A stretch of 64,000 bases of DNA from an uncultured Verrucomicrobiota bacterium. Its GTDB lineage: Bacteria > Verrucomicrobiota > Verrucomicrobiia > Opitutales > Opitutaceae. A model generated the notes under the pieces. That model was not told where the DNA came from. It saw only the letters and a program-made list of their open reading frames with translations, and made no database searches. The position numbers were made by a program, and so were the translations under genes. The stretch covers positions 147,478 through 211,477 of the forward strand of contig CAIUGM010000002.1 in NCBI GenBank assembly GCA_903898675.1, read 5' to 3'. Below are positions 56,874 to 64,000 of this stretch, in pieces (positions within the stretch are counted from its first letter, which is position 1; each line of letters begins with the position of its first letter).

Positions 56874-58388
56874 TCACTCCGACCAGGCTTTCGACCCAGG
56901 TGCGGCGTAATTCTTCGCGGCATCGTCCAACACCAGCACCCAATCGGGACCGTAGCCCGGGCTGGTGAACTCGCGCTTGCCGCCGCCGGCGATCTCACCG
57001 AGTGGGTGGGCGAACCCCGTGCGCGGGTCATACCACCAGCCGTGCAACTTTGCGCCGGTGAGTTTGCCCAGATCGATCGTGGCCGGCTGGTCGCTGGTGG
57101 GGAAATAAATGAAGGCGTAGCTGCCATTGCGGTCGCGGCTCGCCGTCATGTGCAGCGCATGGCTGGGCGACGGATTGTCGATCATCGTCAGGTCAGGCAC
57201 CCGCGTGAAGAACGGCCGGGACTCGATCAGTTGCCGGAGGTAGATCATCTGGCTGCCTCCCGGGCGGTGCAGCGCGTCGATCCAGTCGCGGTCGGCGTGG
57301 TTGATCACATCGTTGCGGTCGCCGACAAAACCCCAGATGGCATGGTGGCCGTAGGTGACGCCGCACGCACCGGCCAGCACGGAGCGGTAGCATTGCTTGC
57401 GGACATCGTGATCCCGGAAATACCCGAGCGCCGGATCCCAGCGCGGCCACGGGCTGACCGGGTGGTCCTCATAGTTGGGCTCGAGGTCCAGGGTGGGCTT
57501 GGCCGGTGTGAGGGCGTAGTCCCGGGCGATGAGATCCCAGACGGGGACGTCGTGGCCCCCGCCATGCCCGCTCTGCATGCCGTTGATCGAGAGCCAGGCC
57601 TCGTGCGGCATCATCACCGAGGTGGTGAGGTCACCGCCGGAAGGATGATAGAGGCAGACGGGCGTCGTGCCCGTGCCCTCGGCGAGCCCCGCCGCCATTT
57701 CCCGCCAGATCGGCCGCCAGTCCGTGTTCACGGCAAATCCGGTGGCTCTCGCCTGGTTCTGCGGCCACTCGTCGGGCTTGGCGGGATCCAGCACGGCCGG
57801 CCGGTCGCCGCCGAGCATCCACACCACGTTGGTCCGGCCCTTGAGCTTGCCGCCGAGGTAGCGGGCGTAGGCCCGGACTACCGGTAGCTTGTCCAGGTTG
57901 AAGATCCGCGGACCCTCACCCCAAGGGGCCACGAGCTTGTCGCCCCAGGCGGGCAGCAGCGCGACGTACAGCCCGTCAGCCGCGGCTTCGTCAACGATCT
58001 GCGCCACCCGGTCGAAATATGCCGCGTTGGGCTGCGTGGGATCGTTGTCCTTGAACGGACGCAACCCGTCCGGCGTGGGTTTGTTCAACCCGTTCATCTC
58101 GGCGAGCACGTTGGTCTGGATGACCGTGAAGCCCTGCCGCGCGCGGGTCTTGAGATAATAGCTGCATTCTTCGCGGGTCGTGGAGTGGATGAGTTCCCAG
58201 GCGGTGTCGCCAAGCCAGAAGAAAGGTTTTCCATCGGAGGTTTCCAGATAGTGGCCCTCGGCGTTGACGCGGATGGATTGGAGTGACTGGCGGTCGATTG
58301 CGGAACTTGAAACGGCGAGGGTCGCGAGGATGAGAACAAGCAATCGCCGGAACGCGGACGGGGCGCGCAGTTGGGTGGAGTGAGTCAT
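56874..58388 (-). CDS. DUF4038/GH140 (apiosidase-like) glycoside hydrolase with C-terminal collagen-binding-like domain
   Basis: 'FFWLGDTAWEL', 'WMLGGD', 'QSGH', 'EPNYE', 'GVTYGH', 'WYDPRTG'. Confidence 0.85.
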   Translation of the reverse strand: MTHSTQLRAPSAFRRLLVLILATLAVSSSAIDRQSLQSIRVNAEGHYLETSDGKPFFWLGDTAWELIHSTTREECSYYLKTRARQGFTVIQTNVLAEMNGLNKPTPDGLRPFKDNDPTQPNAAYFDRVAQIVDEAAADGLYVALLPAWGDKLVAPWGEGPRIFNLDKLPVVRAYARYLGGKLKGRTNVVWMLGGDRPAVLDPAKPDEWPQNQARATGFAVNTDWRPIWREMAAGLAEGTGTTPVCLYHPSGGDLTTSVMMPHEAWLSINGMQSGHGGGHDVPVWDLIARDYALTPAKPTLDLEPNYEDHPVSPWPRWDPALGYFRDHDVRKQCYRSVLAGACGVTYGHHAIWGFVGDRNDVINHADRDWIDALHRPGGSQMIYLRQLIESRPFFTRVPDLTMIDNPSPSHALHMTASRDRNGSYAFIYFPTSDQPATIDLGKLTGAKLHGWWYDPRTGFAHPLGEIAGGGKREFTSPGYGPDWVLVLDDAAKNYAAPGSKAWSE

Positions 58389-59581
58389 GGGGAATGATTG
58401 ATTGGGGGTAGGGGCGCGTGGATCGCAGTCGGATCCCAGGTTTGTTTCCATTCAAGGAAGGGGACTCCATCGAGCTGGAAGCGAACCGGCACCCAGACAT
58501 AGCGTCCGTCCTGAGCATCGTCGGGCCGCCAGCGGTCGGCCATGAAGATGAAAGCATCAGGTGCGCCGGCGATCGGGAGCACAAAGGTGGATTGCGAATC
58601 GTAGCTGGTGGCGGTCTGTGCGCCGGGTCCGTTCCAAGGATTGCCGAGGGTGGTCCACGGGCCCCAGATGCTATCGGCCACGGCGAGCCGCGCGGGATTG
58701 GGCGCCCAGCCGGTGCAACCGGAGGTGATCAGCCAGTATTTGCCGCCGTGCTTGAACAGCGCGGGGGCTTCGTTGAATCCACCCGGCAGGATCCGCGCGT
58801 AATCGCCGGCCGGCCGGAGGTAGTCGGCGCTCAGCCGGGAGATTTGCAGCGTGCCGTTGTCCTCCGACGCGTAGATCTGGTAGGCCTGCCCGTCGTCATC
58901 CACGAAGAGGTTCATGTCCCGTGCCATCTGCCCGCCGGCAAAGTCCCGGCGGAAAATCAGGTCGACCGGAAAGCCAGGCACGGGACCACCCTTGAGGTCG
59001 AGGCTGGCCACCAGCGCGGATTCGGCGGGGCTGAGCGGCCTCTGCTGGTCGGGCGGGGCGTTCCGTGGCCAGGCTCCGGCGTTCGGCCGGATGCTGGCCA
59101 GAAACCGGAATGGACCGGTGGGCTGGTCGGCGATGGCCACGCCACTGCGGGCGCCGCGATAGCCCCCGCCCTTGGGCTCGAGGTGAAACCACATCACGAA
59201 CTTTCCGGTCGCCGCATTGAAGATCACCTTGGGCCGCTCCAAAATGCAGCCCCGGGTGAGGTCGCTGCCGGGATCGTCCGACACCGGGAGCGCGATGCCT
59301 TCGTCGCGCCAGTGGATCAGGTCGGTGGAGGCATAGACCCCGACCCCGACGTTCGCCAGATTGCCCGATGGGCCGGCGGTCTTGTGTTCGCCAAACCAAT
59401 AATAGGTGCCGGCGTGATAAAGTACCCCGCCGCCGTGGGCGTTGATGTGGACACCGTGGTTGTCCGGCCAGGGCTCGCCCGGCCGGATTACATTATTTTC
59501 CGCGGCCCCGGCCGACAGCCCGGCGATACAGCCCAGCGTGAGGGCGGCCGCGATGCCCCAAAGGTACGGACTGCGCTGCAT
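58385..59581 (-). CDS. secreted GH43 glycoside hydrolase
   Basis: 'HINAHGGG', 'YWFGE', 'LERPK', 'ARDMNLFVDDDG', 'EAPA', 'SQSTF'. Confidence 0.87.
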   Translation of the reverse strand: MQRSPYLWGIAAALTLGCIAGLSAGAAENNVIRPGEPWPDNHGVHINAHGGGVLYHAGTYYWFGEHKTAGPSGNLANVGVGVYASTDLIHWRDEGIALPVSDDPGSDLTRGCILERPKVIFNAATGKFVMWFHLEPKGGGYRGARSGVAIADQPTGPFRFLASIRPNAGAWPRNAPPDQQRPLSPAESALVASLDLKGGPVPGFPVDLIFRRDFAGGQMARDMNLFVDDDGQAYQIYASEDNGTLQISRLSADYLRPAGDYARILPGGFNEAPALFKHGGKYWLITSGCTGWAPNPARLAVADSIWGPWTTLGNPWNGPGAQTATSYDSQSTFVLPIAGAPDAFIFMADRWRPDDAQDGRYVWVPVRFQLDGVPFLEWKQTWDPTAIHAPLPPINHSP

Positions 59582-59595
59582 GGCAAAAGGCGGGT

Positions 59596-60381
59596 TCAGT
59601 AACCGGGAGTTGCGACAGAAGCGGTACCCGGCTGTCCAAGGCCGGCCGGCCGGGGGCCGGGGAATCCGCGCTTCACGGCCTCGTTGAGCATCACCTCGGT
59701 GGCGGTCGCACCGACGCGGGTGACGCCGAACGAACGGACCTTTAGGAGATCGTCGAGCGTGCGCACGCCGCCGGCGGCCTTGATCTGGATACTCGCCGGG
59801 CAATGGGCGCGCATGAGCTTCAGGTGGGCGTCCGTCGCGCCCTTGTAATTGTAGTCGCCGTTCGGCTGCTTGACGAAACCGTAGCCGGTGGAGGTCTTGA
59901 CGAAGGCCACGCCGATGTCCGAACAGATTTTGCAGAGCTGGATGATGTGCGCGTCCTGCAGGTAGTCGTTCTCGAAAATCACCTTGAGGATCGCGCCGCG
60001 GGCGATGCAGGCGTCGTTCACCGCCTTGATGTCGCCGGCGACGTAGGCGAGGTCGCCCCCGAGCACGCGGCCGGCATTCGCGACCATGTCGATTTCCGTC
60101 GCGCCCTCGCGGATCGCGAGCTCGGCCTCGAGGACCTTGATTGAGGTGTGGCTGTTGCCGTGGGGGAAACCGATGACGGAGCAGACCAAGACGTCGGTCC
60201 CCTTGAGCAACGCGGTTGCGCGGGGCACATAGTACGGTTTCACACAGACGGTCGCCACGTCGTAGCGGGCGGCGAGGGCGCAGCCGGCATCGAGCTGCGT
60301 GTCGGTCATGGTCGGATGCAGGAGCGAGTGATCAATCATCTTGGCGAGATCGAGCACGGAGGGAGTGGGGGAAGCGGTCAT
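59596..60381 (-). CDS. deoC: deoxyribose-phosphate aldolase
   Basis: 'IDHSLLHP', 'VIGFPHG', 'EIDMV', 'KVIFE', 'FVKTSTG', 'KAAGGVR', 'RVGAT'. Confidence 0.92.
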   Translation of the reverse strand: MTASPTPSVLDLAKMIDHSLLHPTMTDTQLDAGCALAARYDVATVCVKPYYVPRATALLKGTDVLVCSVIGFPHGNSHTSIKVLEAELAIREGATEIDMVANAGRVLGGDLAYVAGDIKAVNDACIARGAILKVIFENDYLQDAHIIQLCKICSDIGVAFVKTSTGYGFVKQPNGDYNYKGATDAHLKLMRAHCPASIQIKAAGGVRTLDDLLKVRSFGVTRVGATATEVMLNEAVKRGFPGPRPAGLGQPGTASVATPGY

Positions 60382-62078
60382 GATTTGGGGGCGGGCGGCG
60401 CTTTCACGCGCAGGCGGCTGATAAAGCTCCATTCGCCGGTGGCGTTCTGGATTTTAATGAGCAGGCGGTTTTTGCCCGCCTCAAGGTGCAAGGGAACAAT
60501 GTCGTCGTCGATCCGGCTGTCGCGGCGTACCCAGCGGTCGTGGACCAGCTTGCCGTTCAGCCAGATCTTCAGGCCGTCATCGCTGCCGATCCCCAGCCAG
60601 CCGTCGAGGGCCTGCGGGGAGTCGAGCTCGGCCCAGGCATAGCCGACGCAATAGTCTTGGTTGGCGCCGGTCTGCATGTTGACGTAACCGTCCTCCGATT
60701 TCACCCGTTCCCACTTGAGCCGGGCCTCATCCACGACTTGCCCGTCGCCCTCCGCGGGCAGCACGGCGGCGGGATCCGTGAAGAAATCGGAGTTGAAGGC
60801 GTTCATCTGGGAGCTGCGGCTGACCTTTTCCTGGCTGACGCTGACCGCGGTGAAGACGGTGACGCCGTTGGCGTCGACGTGGTCCACGCTGGAGAATACG
60901 GCCGCGGGCACCGGGATCGGCCGGAGCACGAGCCAGGAGCCGATGGCGATTTCAATGCGTCCGTCGCCGCGCAGCCAGGCGATGTCGGCGGGCTTGGCCG
61001 CGCTGGGGGGCGGCGTGTCGTAGACGTAATCGTAGGGGCCGGCGACCGGCTGGCCCTGTTCGATCGCGGGGCTGAAAAGCGTGCCCTTGCGCAGGGCGTC
61101 GGCGAGCGGCGCGGTCATCGCCGGCGTCACGCCGCCTTCCGGCTCGACCGTCGCGGCGGTCGCATGGCCGTCGGGGCCGACGTCGAGGCGGGCCTTCACC
61201 CGGGTGACGCCCCGCTGGCGGAGTCCGTCGCCGCGCAGCGGGCTGCCGATGAGCAGGGGGGCGGCGTGGGCGTGGGCGAACTGCTCGGGCCGCACCGCGT
61301 CGAGGTAGTGCTGCCGCTCGCGCCATGTGGCCGGGTTGGCGGGATCGATCGCCCGCAGCACGTCGGACAGCGCGTCGATGAACTGCTTGATCGCCTCGAC
61401 ATTTTCGGCGCGGGACGAGGCCAGCGGCACGCCGTCGCGGGAGATGGCCATCATAAGGATGCCCTCGGCGGGCGCGAAGCGGTTGATGTGGTCCATGCCC
61501 CGCTGGGCGGAGAAGTCGGTCACCAGCCACGGCATGTAGGTCTGGGTCGCGATCGACTGGTGCTCGTCGGCCTTGTCGCGCACGCCGAAGAACACGGCCT
61601 CGCAACGGCCCGGGTAGACCTGCTGGATGCGCTGGTAGGTGGGGACGAAGCTGCGCACCATGCCCCAGGACTCGCCGTCATTGTAGGAGCCGAACAGGAG
61701 CACGATCACGTCCGGCTCGGGGCGCCCCGTGAGATCGACGGGCACCAGCTTCTGCTCGGTCACGCGCATCACATTCCCCAGCAGATCCCCGGTGATCCGG
61801 CCCTTGGCCTGGCCCCACTGGGCCGCAGCGGGCGGGCGGGCGGCGGATTCGCGGAAGAAACGCCGGCACTCATCCGGGCCCAGACTCCGCAGCAGGACCC
61901 GCCGGCCGCTGATTTCGCTGGTATTAAACAGGGCGAACGGCCCGAGGATCTCGGTCGGGTCGGCGCGGAACGTCGCGCCTGAGAGATCGGTCCAGGTGGA
62001 GGGCTTCGCCGCGAGGGGCCGCGGGGCGAGGGCAAGAGTGACGGCAAAAGTCAGCGCGAGAAAGAAGGACGGGCGCAT
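60378..62078 (-). CDS. secreted multi-domain hypothetical protein (SHD1-like, Cys-less thioredoxin-like, TonB-C-like, beta-sandwich)
   Basis: Signal peptide; 'WTDLSGATFRA'; 'VLLFGS...EAVFFG...MPWL'; 'RLDVGPDG...FSPAIEQGQPV'; 'GSDDGLKIWLNG...NRLLIKI'. Confidence 0.7.
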   Translation of the reverse strand: MRPSFFLALTFAVTLALAPRPLAAKPSTWTDLSGATFRADPTEILGPFALFNTSEISGRRVLLRSLGPDECRRFFRESAARPPAAAQWGQAKGRITGDLLGNVMRVTEQKLVPVDLTGRPEPDVIVLLFGSYNDGESWGMVRSFVPTYQRIQQVYPGRCEAVFFGVRDKADEHQSIATQTYMPWLVTDFSAQRGMDHINRFAPAEGILMMAISRDGVPLASSRAENVEAIKQFIDALSDVLRAIDPANPATWRERQHYLDAVRPEQFAHAHAAPLLIGSPLRGDGLRQRGVTRVKARLDVGPDGHATAATVEPEGGVTPAMTAPLADALRKGTLFSPAIEQGQPVAGPYDYVYDTPPPSAAKPADIAWLRGDGRIEIAIGSWLVLRPIPVPAAVFSSVDHVDANGVTVFTAVSVSQEKVSRSSQMNAFNSDFFTDPAAVLPAEGDGQVVDEARLKWERVKSEDGYVNMQTGANQDYCVGYAWAELDSPQALDGWLGIGSDDGLKIWLNGKLVHDRWVRRDSRIDDDIVPLHLEAGKNRLLIKIQNATGEWSFISRLRVKAPPAPKS

Positions 62079-62200
62079 CGGGAGGCGGTGGAATTCAATG
62101 GGGTTGAAGCTCTGGTTGGGCGGCCGGAGTGGGGCGGGCCGCACTCTGAGAAAAGCCCCCCGCGCCCGTGGGTGGCAAATGTAATTGGAGCGGCTCGGTT

Positions 62201-62223
62201 GTAGCCGGGGTCGATGACCCCGG
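62201..62223 (+). repeat. GTAG-type REP element
   Basis: GTAG + CCGGGGTC-GAT-GACCCCGG perfect 8-bp stem, intergenic. Confidence 0.65.
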
Positions 62224-62282
62224 ATCTGATGAAGGCGTCTCTGGCGTGGACAGCGGCGTTCTCCGCGACATCATGACAGCCG

Positions 62283-63401
62283 ATGAACTCGCTACCCCGC
62301 TCTTGGTTCCTCTGCCTCGCCCTGCTTTCGTTCCTCGCCGGCCCGGCCTGCGCCCAGCCCGCCTTCCGCTCGCCGGAGGTTTCCGCCGACGGTCACATCA
62401 CCTTCCGCCTGCTCGCGCCCAAGGCGCAGGCGGTCGCGGTCAAGGGCCTGCGCCACCTGCCGCCGCAGGCCATGACCAAGGATGCCAAGGGCGTCTGGAG
62501 CGTCACGGTCGGCCCGCTCACTCCCGATCTCTACAGCTACACCTTTGATGTCGACGGCGCCACGTTCACCGACCCGCTGAACCGCCGGACCAAGGAATGG
62601 CTGGCCAACGAAAGCCTGGTCGACGTCCCCGGCAACCCGCCGCTGCCGCTCGAGTTGACGGCGGTGCCGCACGGCACGATCCACCGGCATGTCTTCACTT
62701 CCCGGGCCCGCGGCGGCGAGGTTGCACTGCAGGTTTACACCCCGCCGGGCTTCGACCCCCGGGCGGCCACCACCTATCCGGTGCTTTACCTCCTGCACGG
62801 CTATGGCGACGAGGAGACGGCTTGGGTCGCCGCCGGGCATGCGAATTTCATCGCGGACAACCTGCTCGCGAAAAAACTCATCGTCCCGGCGATCATCGTC
62901 ATGACCAACGGCCACCCGGTGCCGATCCCGGCGGGCGACTCGCGCCATGATAATTACGGCGAGAAGAACCAGGCGGCGATGGAGCAGGAGCTCCTGCACG
63001 ACGTCATGCCGATGATCGAGGCCAGCTACCCGGTGCGGACCGGCGCGACGGACCGCGCCATTGTAGGCCTGTCGATGGGCGGCGGACAGTCGCTGACCAT
63101 CGGCCTCGGTCACCCGGAACTTTTCGGCTGGGTGGGCGGTTTCAGTTCCGGGGTGCCCACGGGTGACCTCGACCAGCGTTTCGCCACGCTGCTCGCCACG
63201 GAACAGGCCAAGACCGGTGCGCCGCACCTGATCTGGGTTGGCGTGGGCAAGGACGATTTCCTCCTCGAGCAGAACACGAAGTTCAACGCCTGGCTGGAGG
63301 CGAAGCAAGTGCCGCACGAATGGCATCTCACGGCCGGCGCGCATGAGTGGCCGGTGTGGCGGGCCTACCTGGAAGAGTATTTGCAGAAGATTTTCCGCTG
63401 A
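62283..63401 (+). CDS. secreted CE1-type esterase with N-terminal CBM48/Ig-like domain
   Basis: 'YPVLYLLHGYG', 'GLSMGG', 'GAHEWPVW'. Confidence 0.9.
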   Translation: MNSLPRSWFLCLALLSFLAGPACAQPAFRSPEVSADGHITFRLLAPKAQAVAVKGLRHLPPQAMTKDAKGVWSVTVGPLTPDLYSYTFDVDGATFTDPLNRRTKEWLANESLVDVPGNPPLPLELTAVPHGTIHRHVFTSRARGGEVALQVYTPPGFDPRAATTYPVLYLLHGYGDEETAWVAAGHANFIADNLLAKKLIVPAIIVMTNGHPVPIPAGDSRHDNYGEKNQAAMEQELLHDVMPMIEASYPVRTGATDRAIVGLSMGGGQSLTIGLGHPELFGWVGGFSSGVPTGDLDQRFATLLATEQAKTGAPHLIWVGVGKDDFLLEQNTKFNAWLEAKQVPHEWHLTAGAHEWPVWRAYLEEYLQKIFR

Positions 63402-63416
63402 ACCCCGCTTTCCCCC

Positions 63417-64000
63417 ATGCGCCTTATCCTTGGTCTGGTCACGTTTTGCTTCCTGGGTACGCTGGCCCGGCCGGCCGGCTTGTCGGCCAGCGGCCAACCC
63501 GCGCCGGCGGAGCGGCTGCTGACCTATCGCTGGCCGGCCAGCTGGATCACGCACCCCGCCGCGCCGAAAAACGAATACGGCGTCTACCTCTTCCGCAAGT
63601 CGCTCGACCTCGCACAGGCCCCGGCGCACTTTGTGGTGCACGTGACGGCCGACTCGCGCTACCGGCTCTTCGTCAACGGGCAGTCGGTCAGCTTCGGCCC
63701 GCAGCGGAGCGATCCACTGCTCTGGCATTACGACAGCATCGACCTCGCACCCTGGCTGCAGGCCGGCGCCAATGTCATCACGGCGCGGGTCTGGAGCTAC
63801 GGCGAGGACGCGCCTTATGCCATCATGAGCCTGCGCACGGGTTTCCTCCTGCAAGGTGACACCGCGGCCGAGGAAATTGCCGACACCAATGCGACCTGGA
63901 AGGTTTACCGCGATGAGGCCCACCGGCCGTTCCCGCACGACCGGGCGCGGTTGAGAACGTTCATCGTGGTCGGCCCCGGCGACCGCGTGGATGCGGCGCT
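63417..64000 (+). CDS. alpha-L-rhamnosidase (GH78)-like protein, N-terminal part (runs off the window)
   Basis: Hand translation MRLILGLVTF...'WITHP...YLFRKSLDL...VTADSRYRLFVNG...GP.RSD...YDSIDLAPWLQAGAN'. Confidence 0.75.
   Translation, partial: MRLILGLVTFCFLGTLARPAGLSASGQPAPAERLLTYRWPASWITHPAAPKNEYGVYLFRKSLDLAQAPAHFVVHVTADSRYRLFVNGQSVSFGPQRSDPLLWHYDSIDLAPWLQAGANVITARVWSYGEDAPYAIMSLRTGFLLQGDTAAEEIADTNATWKVYRDEAHRPFPHDRARLRTFIVVGPGDRVDAA

Noticed and set aside
1-64000. CRISPR array, rRNA, IS with terminal inverted repeats, retron/RT or group II intron
   Set aside because: No regularly spaced 23-47 bp repeats, no rRNA-like stretch, no transposase or reverse transcriptase motifs seen by eye.

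Overview
High-GC bacterial DNA. Gene content (Opitutaceae-like repeats, no SusC/D, many secreted glycoside hydrolases) suggests Verrucomicrobia; this is inference, not a search result. Left part (0-16.7 kb): housekeeping and envelope genes (small stress membrane proteins, VanY-like peptidase, GH2, trxB, M19 dipeptidase, GAF-REC, LemA/TPM, UvrD-family helicase, frr, pyrH) ending at tRNA-Gln(TTG). Next is a ~4 kb mosaic relic of integrative elements: a headless large serine recombinase, a headless coupling-protein fragment fused in frame to an unrelated domain, and the 3' half of a tRNA-Leu. Then come host-like metabolic genes (XdhC/MocA/IorAB molybdoenzyme cluster; eda-IclR-kduI-kduD-DUF4861-GH105-ExuT pectin cluster), cut by a second chimeric ORF at ~38.74 kb. 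An 11-bp copy of the tRNA-Gln 3' end at 39436-39446 shares subterminal motifs with the 16.8 kb end and overlaps a palindrome pair in front of a GIY-YIG nuclease. The right part is a long glycoside hydrolase/esterase region containing a translationally coupled four-gene operon (MacB-like ABC permease, ATPase, degenerate CcoN-like protein apparently lacking the helix-VI CuB histidine, and a multi-TM/CcoO/cytochrome c fusion). That operon, the tRNA-CCA-anchored palindrome/GIY-YIG module and the tRNA-Gln island are the best candidates for something undescribed. No CRISPR array or rRNA was seen. All family assignments are by eye from motifs; no database searches were run.
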